A stretch of DNA of 64,000 nt from Octopus sinensis (GCF_006345805.1 NC_042997.1:49600001-49664000), one strand, 5' to 3'; shown: positions 36,135-49,192, counted from the stretch's first letter. Notes: generated from the letters alone by a model not told the origin. Numbers and translations: made by a program.

Positions 36135-38143
36135 CATTGAGGAAGTATACAGCAGCCTCATCAAATCAACAGAGGAAGTTGCACTGGCTACTCTTCCCAA
36201 AAGGAAGAGTAGGGGCCAGAGCAAACCTTCTAATTCCCCAAATGTCATCGAAGCCAGAAACCATCTAAAGTCTATATCACTAGCTTACCACCGTTCTCCA
36301 TCCCAGTCACTGAAGATCCAACTCATAGCTGCCAGGAAGAATCTTGATGAGGCTTACTTGAACGCCGAGGTCGAATTTATCAATGGCAAAATTAGTAAAC
36401 TATCGAAAGAGCACATTAGTAAAAAACACCATCTCGCCTGGAAATCCATCAAAGACCTATCAGGCAAAAATTCTGGGTCATCAATTAGAATTAAAGGGGG
36501 ATCAGCTAAGAAGCGTTTAGAAAATTGGTCAACCCATTTTAAAAACCTCCTTGGGAAGAATGCCAAAATCCCTGATAACCCCACTCTCCCAAGTGTACCT
36601 ATATCAGACACGCTGGACATCAACACCTCCCCTTTTACCATATTTGAACTAACAGCAGCCACCAAGCAACTAAAAGCCTCGAAAGCATTTGGTCCCGACA
36701 ACATTCCGGCTGTGATTTGGAAGGATGATAGATTTCGCACACTTTTGCTTAACCTCTGCAACCACACACTTTCCACCTTTGTCGCTCCAAAGATTTGGCA
36801 CCAGTCTCAAATCATTCCAATACCCAAAAAAGGCGATTTGTCCCTCGTCACCAACTACAGGGGCATATCTCTAATGTCAATTGCTGCAAAACTGTACAAC
36901 AAACTGATCCTAAATCGTCTTGTCCTTTTTGTTGAACCTTTGCTCCGAAAGAACCAAAATGGATTCAGACATGGGCGCTCAACGCTGAGCCAGATACTAT
37001 GCCTGCGCAGACTTATTGAAGAATCAAAAGCATTTAATCGCGATCTTGCAATGGTATTTGTAGACTTTTCTAAAGCGTTCGATTCTGTAGATAGGTGCAA
37101 GATGTTTGAAATCCTTAAGCTCTATGGGATACCAGACAAAATTATTTCTGCCATCAAGGTCCTCTACACAGATACGTCTTCAACCATCTTAACCCCTGAT
37201 GGAGAAACATCATCTTTCTCGATCGAGGCCGGAATACTGCAGGGAGACACACTCGCCCCATTTCTTTTCATCATTGTTGTTGATTATGTGCTACGTATGT
37301 CAGTTGATACCATCTCTGGCAAGGGCTTTGAAATAAAACCAAGAAGAAGTTCCAGACACCCAGCTGAGTACTTGACAGACACTGACTTTGCTGACGACAT
37401 CGCTCTTATCAGTGATTCTCTCTCCAATGCCCAGTCTCTTTTACAATCTCTTGAACAAGCCTCAAATTGTGTAGGTCTTTACCTCAATGAGACCAAAACT
37501 GAATACGTAAACAAGTGCCTGTCCAACAGTGATTTCATCATCCACACTCTCAACAGTGCACCTTTAAATATGGTTTCTGATTACAAATATCTTGGGTCAT
37601 ACATATCATCATCTGGAAAAGACTTTCTAACTAGAAAGGGTATGGCCTGGTCAGCCTGTAATGACATGCATAAGATCTGGTCATCAAATCTAAGTAGAGA
37701 CTTCAAACTTGAAATATTCAAAGCCACAGTCGAACCAATTCTACTAAATGGCTCAGAAACCTGGACGTTATCAAAGAAGCTTGAGAGGCGGTTGGATGGA
37801 ACCTACACTCGCCTCCTTATGAGAGCTCAAAATCTCTCGTGGAGGCGCCATCCAACTAAAATGCAAATATATGGGAAATTACCACCTGTGTCATCTCTTG
37901 TGAAGGGTAGGAGAGTCCAGTTTGCTGGACATTGTTGTAGAGCTGAAAAAGAAGTAATTTCTACTCTTCTCCTCTGGAAGCCATCTACTCGCAACACCAG
38001 AGGGCGCACACTCTCCTACCCTGATGTAATCTCCAGGGATACAGGCATCCAGCAACAGGACCTCCGTAATGCTATGATGGACCGTGAAGTCTGGCGCAAC
38101 ATGGTAAATTCCATTGTCTCGACCACGGTCGAACAATGATGAT
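36135..38143 (+). mobile_element. Young 5'-truncated RTE-type LINE
   Basis: Perfect 12-bp TSD GAAGTATAAGAA at 36123-36134 and 38144-38155, short (TGA)n tail. Confidence 0.95.
36136..38139 (+). CDS. Non-LTR reverse transcriptase (RTE-like), N-terminally truncated
   Basis: Frame is open from the element's 5' end. Motifs KAFGPDNIP, IPIPKKGD..NYRGISL, QNGFR, VFVDFSKAFDSV, GILQGDTLAPFLF, DFADDIAL, YKYLGS, GSETWTL. APE endonuclease absent. Confidence 0.95.
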   Translation: MEEVYSSLIKSTEEVALATLPKRKSRGQSKPSNSPNVIEARNHLKSISLAYHRSPSQSLKIQLIAARKNLDEAYLNAEVEFINGKISKLSKEHISKKHHLAWKSIKDLSGKNSGSSIRIKGGSAKKRLENWSTHFKNLLGKNAKIPDNPTLPSVPISDTLDINTSPFTIFELTAATKQLKASKAFGPDNIPAVIWKDDRFRTLLLNLCNHTLSTFVAPKIWHQSQIIPIPKKGDLSLVTNYRGISLMSIAAKLYNKLILNRLVLFVEPLLRKNQNGFRHGRSTLSQILCLRRLIEESKAFNRDLAMVFVDFSKAFDSVDRCKMFEILKLYGIPDKIISAIKVLYTDTSSTILTPDGETSSFSIEAGILQGDTLAPFLFIIVVDYVLRMSVDTISGKGFEIKPRRSSRHPAEYLTDTDFADDIALISDSLSNAQSLLQSLEQASNCVGLYLNETKTEYVNKCLSNSDFIIHTLNSAPLNMVSDYKYLGSYISSSGKDFLTRKGMAWSACNDMHKIWSSNLSRDFKLEIFKATVEPILLNGSETWTLSKKLERRLDGTYTRLLMRAQNLSWRRHPTKMQIYGKLPPVSSLVKGRRVQFAGHCCRAEKEVISTLLLWKPSTRNTRGRTLSYPDVISRDTGIQQQDLRNAMMDREVWRNMVNSIVSTTVEQ

Positions 38144-39160
38144 GAAGTATAAGAATAATCAGCATATGTCATTATGTCATGTCATTGAACAAACGAATAT
38201 GTCTGTCTGTGTATATGCATTTCAGTATCCATGTGTATAAATTGCATCTGATGGTTTCTTTTACTTCGAGCTAGGCGTATCAAATCTACGTGTAACTTAG
38301 TCCAAGATATAGAATACTATCTGATGAAATAAATTTTACACATCGATGATTTTTATAATCACTCTACACAAAACGGCAATATATATCTGTGAGTATATAT
38401 ATCTTAGAGATTTCTTTCTCTCGGCTTTGAACTTTATATGCACATACAATTGTGTACGTTGACACAAAGAAACAGATACTCGCGTACGCATACTTGTAAG
38501 TGTGTGTGTGTGTGTGTGTGTGAGGGCAAATATGTATCAAACAACAGTGAATCTAAATGCACCTATTGAACGGAATATTCTCAATTTAAAATGGTTCTAC
38601 ACATGCTTCCACATAAACAAATACATGGTTGTCGATGAAAAGTAGTTTTTTCAGTGACTTTTTGTCACTTTTCATCGGCAACCGGAGATTGCCACTTAAA
38701 TGCGGCTGAAATCTCCACTTCTGAATTTTGCAAACCAAGTTCTTTCATTCAAGCATTCCTTCCCATAAACTGAGTGTATGAGTCGAATCGCAGAGTTTCC
38801 TTTTTTATACTTTTAATCAGTTTTAATGTACACAAATGCATAAAAATAATTTTTAATTCCATTAGACATTCTAAAATACTATCAAAAGAAGTTAAACTCG
38901 GACAGAACTTATGGATGACCTGATACATTGGTATCAAATTAAAGTGCAAGGCCAGTAATTTAAGGACAGGGGACAAGTCGATTACATCGGACCCAGTACT
39001 CAACGGGTCCTTATTCTATCGACCCTCAAAGGACGAAAGGCAAAGCCGTCCTCGGCGAGATCTTTATATATTGATATTATATATGCATATTATATTAATA
39101 TGTATTTACATACATGCACGCATGCTCACACACACACATATCTGTGCGTGTGTATTTGCA

Positions 39161-39226
<66 letters not shown>

Positions 39227-39341
39227 TGTATGTATGTATGTATGTATGTATGTGTGGGGCGTGTCTGTCTGTGTTTCTGTGAGTGTGTACATATGTATAT
39301 ATGCGCATATACGTTTATGTGTGTATGTATGTTCATATATG

Positions 39342-39382
<41 letters not shown>

Positions 39383-39829
39383 GTGTGTGTGAGTGTATTT
39401 TAGTGTGCATTTAAAACTATACAAATATATGCAAATCTGAGACTGAAAGGAGAGGCTGGGAAAGGAACTCCAACGTCCTGTTTTTATTTAAACCAATCTA
39501 AAGTCAAGTTAATTAGAAACAAGCATAAACAATGAAATGTATATATACAAAAAAACACCCCAAAAAACCCAAGAATATTTAGAAAAGAAGAAGGAGCAAA
39601 TCATTAAATAAACAGTTGAGATCCCAACTCAAAATCAATTAACTTAATCTAAGACTAACAAATTAATTTAGGCCTTTCCAACATTTATTTATTTATTTAT
39701 TGGGGGGGGGAGACTCACTGTTTGCAGTCAATTGCTGGAGACGGTTTTATATTACTTGATGTTTTGACTGTTTTATCCAATGCTAATCAGAATCTCAGCA
39801 TCTTGATAAGTAAAGTTCATTAACACCGA

Positions 39830-39950
39830 AACCATCACCACCACCACCATCACTACAACTAACACCATCACCGTCATAATCGTCGTCGTCGTCGTCATTA
39901 TCATCATTATCATCGCTATCCCAACCACCGCTTCCACCACCACCACCACC

Positions 39951-39984
<34 letters not shown>

Positions 39985-40100
39985 TCATTATCATCATCAT
40001 CATCATCACCACCACCACCACCACACCATAACCATCACCACTATCACCACTAACATCATCATCATCAACATCATCATCATCATCACCAGCATTACCATTA
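39830..40100. repeat. (CAC)n/(CAT)n compound microsatellite
   Basis: Seen directly. Confidence 0.93.
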
Positions 40101-40385
40101 CCAATCCTATTGTCTGGTGATCTTATCGGGACAAGGCACCCCTCGATGTCACCATATTTAGTTGCCTCGTTTTCTTACAATTTCCCTCTGCTACGTGAAG
40201 ACTGTCTGAACGCCATTTCCTGGTGGCAACCATCCTAGAATGTTCTTTCTTTCTCCTACAGCTACACATTCCAGGATACGTATAAAGTCCACACGTCATC
40301 AAGATTAGTATCTCCTAACCATGTCAGTTGTCTTCTTTGTTGATGAAAATTGTGGTCTTCAGTGTTGATGAAAATTGGGAAGTTA

Positions 40386-40984
40386 TTGGGTTGTCCGGAA
40401 AGTTTGTGCCGAAGTTATTGGGTTGTCCGGAAAGTTTGTGCCGATTTATAGTAGCTTACCTTTCAACTTATTTTAGAACGTGGTTGAGTCCATAAAATAA
40501 GATTTGACTACACCTCCATTTAGAGCACAGTTTAAGCTATCTTTTCGTGGAAGAAGGTTTATGTTCCTATAATCTGTATTGATTCTGTAACCCTTTAAAA
40601 TGGAAGATAAGAAAGTTCATTTTCGGCACTTGATGCTTTGGGAACCAGACAAAAATTGCTGCAGCTCGGCTTGGATGTGTTACCCCCACCCTCCCTATTC
40701 CCCAGATATTGCTCCTTCGGATTTCCACTTATTCAGGTCTTTGCAGAATAGTCTTAATGGTAAAAATTTCAATTCCTTGGATGACGTAAAAAGATACCTT
40801 GATGAATTCTTTGCCATGAAACCACCTCAATTCTGGGAAGAGGGTATTTTCAAGTTAAAGGAAAGATGGAGACGCATTGTGCAACAAAATGGTTAATATT
40901 TAGTTGATTAAAAATGTAATGGCAAGTATTTATTGGCCTTTTTCTTTCTTTTAAAAATCGGCACGAACTTTCCGGACAACCCAA
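40386..40984 (+). mobile_element. Internally deleted mariner with a duplicated left TIR
   Basis: TIR TTGGGTTGTCCGGAAAGTTYGTGCCG present twice at left (period 32 bp) and inverted at right. TA flanks. Confidence 0.92.
40600..40896 (+). pseudogene. Mariner transposase N-terminus fused to C-terminus
   Basis: MEDKKVHFRHLML joined to PHPPYSPDIAPSDFHLFRSLQNSL...GIFKLKERW. Confidence 0.92.
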
Positions 40985-41539
40985 TATAAATCTCAAAGTG
41001 AGTAAATACGTATAATTGCTAAAATAATACTAAAAATTATAAACTTCAATAAATGACAAGATGAACGGAGACGAACGAAGCATCAAAAGTACTGGACTAT
41101 ATGCTTTCTACTATTTCGTTTCCTCCGTCCAGGTTCAAATCGCACCAAGGTTGGATTCCTTTTCTATAATTATTTGGTTCCAAAACTACGTAGACCTGAC
41201 AACTTAAAGTACTGAGAACAGATATAGCTTCGTTGATCAAAATCTCATAAACTTTCTTCAGATTTGACTTGTAGAAGAAGATGGGAGTGGTGATGAAGGC
41301 GCTGCAATCCTATGAATTTGCCGAAATGCTGGCAAGAATTGTCCGCGTGAAGTCAGTTGGTTTGATAAAAAGTTTTGGAGCAGAAGTTTAGACTTGATAG
41401 TGGGAATAATCCTGTATTAATATTGTCCCTTGATTAGCAATATTGGTTATATCAAGATCCCAGGTTATGAGCATCTTTCGCTTTCATAATCTATTTTAAT
41501 TTGTTATCGTTGATATCTTTCGTTATTCAGTTGCAACTA

Positions 41540-41862
41540 CTACTCTAATTGCTGACAGTAGACTTGAACGTTGATGGTTGAATTAGGTGGTAACAATTCA
41601 AAGTGAATCATCCCTTTGCAATCCCACCAGATAGAGAGAAGAACTTTTATCCCATGAAGTTCCCTTCTCGGTTGTGTTTGAGCTTTTCCCCTTTTACCAA
41701 GCCACTGTTTACGACGTTTCACATTTCGATAGAAGATCCATTTTTCGCTACCAGTCACAAGTCTATCCAAAAAGAGTGAAATGAGTTTGCGAGAATGGAG
41801 AGAAGAGCAGATGTCAACTCGGGATTTGCGGTTGCTTTCGGACAATTCATGAGGCACCCATG
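41540..41862 (-). pseudogene. Mariner transposase internal fragment
   Basis: WVPHELSE...RLVTGSEKWIFY...KVLLSIWWDCKGMIHFELLP...YCQQLE. The catalytic GDE reads GSE. Confidence 0.9.
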
Positions 41863-42877
41863 AAGTGTTTTGCTCAAGAACACAACGCATTGCCCGGTCC
41901 AGGACTCGGAACCACATTCTTACAATCACGAGGGAAATAATTCCGTCTTTGAGCGTGGAGAAAAATGCTTTATAGCTTTTGTTCATGAACTTTACTTTCT
42001 GAGTTCAAATCCCACGAAGGTTATATTTAATTCTCATACTTTCGGAGACGATAAAAATAAAGTACCAGCCAAATACTGCGGTCAATGATATTGAATAATC
42101 CCTCTTCCTTCAAAACTGCTGGCTCTTTGACTGAATTAGAAAGTTATTATATATCTAAGAACAGATGAACGGAATTTTGAATTTCTTTGCCGTTCGCTGT
42201 TGGCGAAAACAGTTACGAATTTCAGTTATACTTTCATTTAAAGTTCATTAAACATAGATGTTTTTTTTTCCTTTTTACCCCTGGAATAAGGTAAAAACGA
42301 TATAAATATGAATTGGCAATCGTTTCAGCCGATGAGCAGGATCTTCTCCTCTTCTGCCTTCCACTTGTTTCAGTCATTAGATCGTGGCTATGCTGGGGCA
42401 CGGCATTGGAGAATTTTTAGTTGAATGTATCGAACCTACAAGTATACAAATATTTAACAACTCATTTGTTAGAAAGATTCGTTTTAGATATTAAAGAGAA
42501 ACAAAAAATCTCATGAATTAGCAAGTCAGTTTTCCTTTTAAACTTTTAACTTTGCATATTGACAGTACTTTTATAAGTAAAAGAAGAAAGAATAGGTGAC
42601 ATTTATAGCGTACATTCAAACTCTTGAGGAGTCGATTCGACGACATGGCGTCAGTTTCCGGTTGTATCCATTTCATGTTACTTACGTCAAAGATTCCCCT
42701 GAGAAATGTATGGATGTCACAGAATCTGATATTTTCCATACTCTTATAAATAAATTGCTTGACCTACGCCTTTGTGCCTGTCCACTGTTATAACTATTAG
42801 TTTGGGTTCGTCCGTTTCTCTCTATTTGTGCATATGTCTGTGTGTGTGTGTGTGTGTGTGTGTCTGTGTGTGTCTGT

Positions 42878-42910
<33 letters not shown>

Positions 42911-44328
42911 AGTGATATGTATATTAGTATGTAAATGAGACTCTCGGACAACGAGTCATTCTGTTACTCCTGCTAAATTTTAATATATATATATATATAT
43001 ATGTATATATGTGTGCGTGCGTGCGTGTGTACCTCTATCTATGTGTGTGTTTGTGTTTATCGTGTACTCTTCTGAGCAAGTGAAGCAGTACTACTATCCT
43101 TCCACAGTACATAGTTTTAGTAAAACGCTTGCTTTAACTACGGGCGTCGCTTTAGCAGAAAGAGATCGCTCTAATTTTCTTATGATATGGAATAAGATAT
43201 ATGATATATAGATAAGTGCAGGGAGTGCACTGTAACAGATTTGTCTGTGCGTTGAAATAATATATCCCTTACGTTGTGGTTGAAGTGTGTCGTCTATTTC
43301 TATTTTCTCGATTACCGAGAAATACGTTGAAAATTATAGACCACAGCCTATAATTTCTATTAAGACATTTCAATCATTATTATCGAGTATATATAAATAT
43401 ACAAACGCATGAAACACATATTCACACAGACATACACTCACAAGCGCGCACACACACATACACACTCATAGCTATACATAATTTTGTGCGGATTGAAATC
43501 CTTGTTGGCAGGACTCTGATATTAAATAAAATGTTAAACACTTGTATTACGCAAATTTGTAGCCCCAATTCTCTGAAGCTTCTAGATTAAATATGTATAT
43601 AAGATAATTGGCTATTTATTTCTCTGCGATTCGTAAAGTAACGTAGACACTTCCGATGGGATTCTAATTAGAGTAGTTTACCCATTAAGGCTGTCCATTT
43701 TCCCAATCTTTGGAGAAATAGGTAAAACATTTTTGTATGTCTACTATGCAGAATATATGTAAATAAGGTCGGATGAAACTAGTGTAGGTTCTACGACTCT
43801 CTTGCAATAGTACGGAGCCTCGGGAATTTCGGGTTGGTGTCTGGCATGCTGGAAGACAACTGGGAGTGAGGCACCCGTTAGCTTTTGTTGAAGTATGTCT
43901 CTTGGAGAAAGTCAATCTGATATAAAACCAGATATACAGGGAATGGCAGTGAACGTTTAAAGTTATCTTTTGCTTACTCTTGAGATCAAGGCACTCCCAT
44001 ATTCCTGAGTCTGCGACCCATATTAGCACTGATATCTTGCCCTGGCTTGTCTCTAGATCATGTTTGTAGGGTGGAGAGGGTCTGTGAGATACTGTGCAAG
44101 CTTTATTGAATATGAAATTCTATATTGTGCATTCGTGTAGGCGAGGCGACTATCTGATTCCCGGTTGAGTAGGAGGGTGCCGCGGCGAATATGGAAACAG
44201 CAGACACGAGCACGGGTGAAGCCACCTGCTGGTGCAACAACCTCGTGCATGGAGACTCCTGGCATTCTGCATGGGCAATGGTTAGGGATGGTCTTCCTCG
44301 GTCACAAGTGAATAGCCATGATGTATTA

Positions 44329-44534
44329 CTCTTTTACTTGTTTCAGTCATTTGAGTGTGGCCATGCTGGAGCACCGCCTTTAGTCGAGCAAATCGATCCC
44401 AGGATTTATTCTTTGTAAGCCTAGTACTTTTTCTATCGGGTCTCTTTTGCCGAAACGCTAAGTTACGGGGACATAAACACACGAGCATTGGCTGTCAAGC
44501 GATGTTGGGGGGGGGGGCAAACACAGACACACAA

Positions 44535-44573
<39 letters not shown>

Positions 44574-44745
44574 CATATATACGACAGGCTTCTTTCAGTT
44601 TCCGTCTACCAAATCCACTCACAAGGCTTTGGTTGGACGGATGCTATAGTAGAAGACACTTGCCCAAAGTGCCACGCAGTGGGACTGAACCCGGAACCAT
44701 GTGGCTCGTAAGCAAGCTACTTACCACACAGCCAGTCCTACGCCT
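44329..44745 (-). mobile_element. SINE family B, full length
   Basis: Near-identical to the 58727 copy. Confidence 0.9.
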
Positions 44746-45393
44746 TGCATGTATATATTTTCATCTGGGTGTAAGGAAACACAAGTGACTAAAAAGCAGG
44801 GTGTTTCGTTCATTGTATTAAACATTCAATAATAGGAGTGGAAATGACGCTTCGAGCATGGTTCTTCGTCGGAGAAAGGAAAAATCCAGAGAGGAAGAAA
44901 AGGAGGGGGTAGTCCGGAGGAGTCTGGAGCAGTCCTGATCAGTTCGGAATAAAGCACGTGTGTCGTTACATGAGCCGAAAAATAATTGACCGGAAGTTAC
45001 AGAGAACGACAGACTACTACACAATTTCAATCTACCAAATTCACTTACAAGGTATTGTAGAAGACACTTGCCCCGAGGTGCCACGCGGTGCGATTGAACC
45101 TGAAATCACGTTTCTATTCATTATATATAACAACTTTCCGAAAGCCAATAAGAGAACTTTCATGTTGTCAAATGGGTTGAAACAGCCGAAATTCCCTTTT
45201 AATAATTCAATATCGTCTGTAAAGTGATTCCCATTGCAGTAGTAAATATCAATGCTCTTTGTTTTACAATAAAGATAGATTGATGACACTCATATTACAT
45301 AGAGAATTATTAAGGCTTATGTGGACTGAAATTTGAGATATAATTTTGCATATGGTGGATACTGAAACTAGATCTTTCTTTTCAGTCAGATTA

Positions 45394-47538
45394 CACTGGT
45401 CTACAAGGTTTTCGGTGTTTGGGGAATAGACATCATTCCTATATAAAATCGGTCTCCTGAATCCAAATATAACTTTGTTTTTGACCTATCAGATCTAGTT
45501 TTTAAGTTATTGAACATCCCCATAGTAAGTATGTATGTGTGTACGTCCAGTATGTAGTGTTCGTTACCTTATTCTAATTCTAAGTTTTTTTTTCTTTTTC
45601 CATGCTTTTTAGATGTTGTGGTGCACTAAGCAACAGAAAATGAGCAAGGTGTCCTCTTCAAGAAAGTGTTGCGTTAATTCTCCAAATGTGTTTTATTATG
45701 TTAGTGGAGAATACACATTACCTGAAAATGGGGAAAAGAACATCACTGATTTTGTTGAAAGACCATATATGGTATAATTTGGGGTCAAGCTGTATGAATA
45801 AAATAGTGTCTGCAAACAATGTACAGAACATTTGCAGCAATGGACTAAAGGGACAAGGAAAAGTATGAGGCTTGCTATACCAATGGGAGCCCTATAATCA
45901 CGTGGACGACTGCTATTTTAGTAATCTAAATTTGAAGGGTATTAACCGGAAAAATCGACAAACACTTGTCTATCCTAATCTTGCCTCTGCTATTAGACCA
46001 GTTCCACACAGTGAAGAGCTTCCTGTTCCTGTCTTCAAAGTCTTGCCTCAGATAACTTTACCCTCAACCAAAAAAAGATTCATCACCTGAAGAAGACACT
46101 AGAGATGAAGACTTTTCAGCTGAGACTTTACGACAGCTATTCTCCCAGGTACGGTTGAATGATTTAGTTCGTAACTTGAACCTCCCAAAAAATTCTGCAG
46201 AACTGTTGGCTTCTCGACTGAAAAAGAAGAATCTTCTAGAGAACGGTCTCTGTATAACATTTTATCGGAGTCGACATGAAGAGTTCCTTTCTTTTTTCAC
46301 TAAAGAGGAAGAGCTGGTTTACTGCAGAGACGTCAGGGGGCTTCTTAATAAATTTGGCATTCAGGAACACAAAGTAGAGGAATGGCGTTTTTTCATAGAC
46401 AGTCCTAAGCCTAGTTTAAAATGTGTATTGTTGCACAATGGAAATGTGTATAGCTCTATCCCACTCAGCCACTCAACAACTCTGAAGGAAAAATATGAAG
46501 AAATTAAGTTGGTTTTAGAAAAGATACTGTATCATAACCATAGACAGGTCATTTGTGTTGACCTATAGATGGTCAATTTTCTCATGGGACAGCAATCTGG
46601 TTATATCAAATACCCATGCTTCCTTTGTATGTGGGAATAGAGGCAAAGGAAACCACTATCTTAAGAAAGACTGGCCGCCTCAAACAAATATGGCTCCATG
46701 TCTAGCTGCCCATATATTGGAAGAACCTTTAGCTGAGCGATCACTCGGAGTGATCAAGCAATTCGTCAAAGCTCTTGACAAAAATGAGGAGTGCTTCAAG
46801 TATATCTGCAGTGTATTTCCAGACTTGACGATTGAAAAACTTAAAGCAGGGATTTTGATGGACCACAAATCTGTAAGCTCTTGAAGGACACAAATTTCGT
46901 GAAAGTAATGAGTGAAAATGAAGCATCAGCTTGGCTAGCCTTTGCAGAAGTAGTGCAAAATTTCCTTGAGAAAGACAAAAGGAAAACTATAAAGACCTTG
47001 TTACCAACCTGATATCAACTTTTCGTGATATTGGCGCGAATACGAGCATCAAAATGCATTATCTTTTTAGTCATCTTGATTGTTTTCCTGAAAATCTGGA
47101 AGATGTCAGCGATGAACAAGGCGAACGATTCCATCAGGACATCATGGAGATGGAAACTCGGTGCCAAGGATGTTGGGACACTGTGATGACGGCAGACTAT
47201 TGCTGGTGTTTAAATCGAGATACTCCTGTTGCTCAACATTTACGGTGCACAAAGAAGCGCAAGTTTATTCCTGAATTGTCTGCCAAAAATCTTAACCAAT
47301 GTGCATTTTCAATTTTGAGTTCTTATTTGTACTTCGTTTTGTTTTGTGTTACGCTCTCTTTATTGATTCATACGATATGCCTTTTGTATGAATAAAATAC
47401 TTACTCTTCATGTTTAGTCAGAAAACCAGGTCTGATAGAGAAAATCTGAAGCTATTTTTGAATATAGCAGGCAAAATCACTTAAGAATTCATTGAAATAT
47501 TGCAGGCACCAGAGAAAATGTTTTTTTGGTGCCCAGGG
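45394..47538 (+). mobile_element. Defective Chapaev3-like (CMC) DNA transposon
   Basis: Termini CACTGG...CCAGGG (one mismatch from CCAGTG), 3-bp TTA TSD at 45391-45393 and 47539-47541, subterminal inverted motifs CTATCAGATCTAGTTTT / AAAACCAGGTCTGATAG. Confidence 0.78.
45640..47280 (+). pseudogene. Chapaev3-like transposase, multiply frameshifted
   Basis: HVDDCYF, YPNLASAIRPVPHS, LNDLVRNLNL..AELLASRL, WRFFIDS..SLKCVLLHNGN, KQFVKALD, HYLFSHLD.FPENL..VSDEQGERFHQDI...ADYCW. Confidence 0.85.
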
Positions 47539-47574
47539 TTATTTATCCAGTGCTGGCCCCTTGGTTACTTCACA

Positions 47575-47717
47575 AGAAGAAGAAGAAGAAGAAGAAGAAG
47601 AAGAAGAAGAAGAAGAAGAAGAAGAAGAAGAAGAAGAAGAAGAAGAAGAAGAAGAAGAAGAAGAACAACAACAACAACAACACAGCAGCAGCAACAACAA
47701 CAACACAACAACAACAA

Positions 47718-47795
<78 letters not shown>

Positions 47796-47833
47796 GTTGC
47801 TACTGCTGCTGCTACTGTTTCCACTGCTGCTGC
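47575..47833. repeat. Compound (GAA)n-(CAA)n-(CTA)n-(CTG)n microsatellite
   Basis: Seen directly. Confidence 0.95.
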
Positions 47834-48738
47834 TATCCCATAGTTGATAGATCTAATCCGTCAGCAGGTTTAGTATCACCTTCAGTCTCTTAGATGATAT
47901 TAGCAGAAGCCACTCTGAAGTAAGAATTCAAACTTGGTTTCATTGTTCCATTGTTTCCTGCAGCAACTTCTTTTGAGAAGTGTCACTGTCTATTAGAGAG
48001 GACAAGTGGAAGTGTTTCTCTTCTAATGACTCTCTAACAGGTACAACAAAGGCCCACCCTCGGTTCCGTGATTAAAGCTTTAAGTGTCTGCCTTATTTTT
48101 TGAAAAACCTTCTCGCCAGCTCTGACAACCAGATGGATGGAATATCGGTTAGAGACAACCTATGAGTTATAGTTACGTCATCACTTCCTACCATTCTGGA
48201 AGTTCTGCAAGTAATAAATGTTGTTCTTTCTACTTTGGCTAAGATATATATATATATATACATATATATATTGTTGCCTGATACGAGCAAATAAGCTGCC
48301 AAATTTCACCAATGGAACATCATGGCATTTAAAATGGAAACCATCCGTTTTAAATAATACTCGGATATCATATCAACGGTAACCGATGGGAATATTAACG
48401 AACAGTAGGCTTATGACCGAATTTTGACCCAGTGTTAAAGTTTGATCCCTGCTGAAACGCTCGATATCTGATATCAAGCTATTCCTAATGTTAAAAATGT
48501 GGGCGATGTCTCTCTAGTCGCTTGAGCTATTCCTTCGCTGCCAGAAATCTGCTTAACATCAATGATTCCACTTTAGCCCTCTAACACACAAAGACATCAC
48601 GCAAGGGAAAGTGCTATACAAAGCGGTGCATGCAGATATCAGTTTAATCCTCAGGCAACAAAAGTTCCACTGAAAGCTTCTAGCAGACTTCGCTCCCATA
48701 GATTACTAAAATGTGAGTCAAGATACGCTTAGTTTTAT

Positions 48739-48883
48739 AGGCGCAGGCTGCGTGGTAAAGAGCTTAGTTCCCAACCACATGGTTCTGGTTTCAGTCCCGC
48801 TGCTTGACATCTTGGGTATTGTAACCTCGGGCTGATCAAAGCCCTGTGACTGGATTTGGTAGAATCAGAATGAAGATTGTCGT
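48739..48883 (+). mobile_element. SINE family B, 5' half followed by (TACA)n
   Basis: Match to the family B head. Confidence 0.78.
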
Positions 48884-48912
48884 ATACATACATACATACA
48901 TACATACATACA

Positions 48913-48944
<32 letters not shown>

Positions 48945-49137
48945 CACATACATACATACATACATACATACATACACATATACATTTGACGCACATGGTA
49001 ATTTTGGATGGAAGGATGCGAAATTACTCGTCTATATAAATTCGGAAGTGCTGTCTACCTTATGTTATGTTTCGATGTTGATTGATCGAAGATGCAAAGG
49101 GTAGGTTTAGCATTTTCAAATTTATAATCTTGAATTC

Positions 49138-49192
49138 TCATGCTGATGAGGGAAATGAACTTCAAAATTCTAATCCCGAAACGCGTACATGA
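49138..49192 (+). ncRNA. Minimal type-I hammerhead ribozyme with canonical core
   Basis: TCATG CTGATGA GGGA...TCCC GAAA CGCG TA CATGA. Stem I 5 bp, stem II 4 bp with G-C base, palindromic stem III, predicted cleavage after A49187. Confidence 0.88.

Noticed and set aside
38630-38679. Short hairpin GTCGATGAAAAGT / ACTTTTCATCGGC
   Set aside because: The 13-bp stem is too short for a miRNA and could arise by chance or from a MITE remnant.
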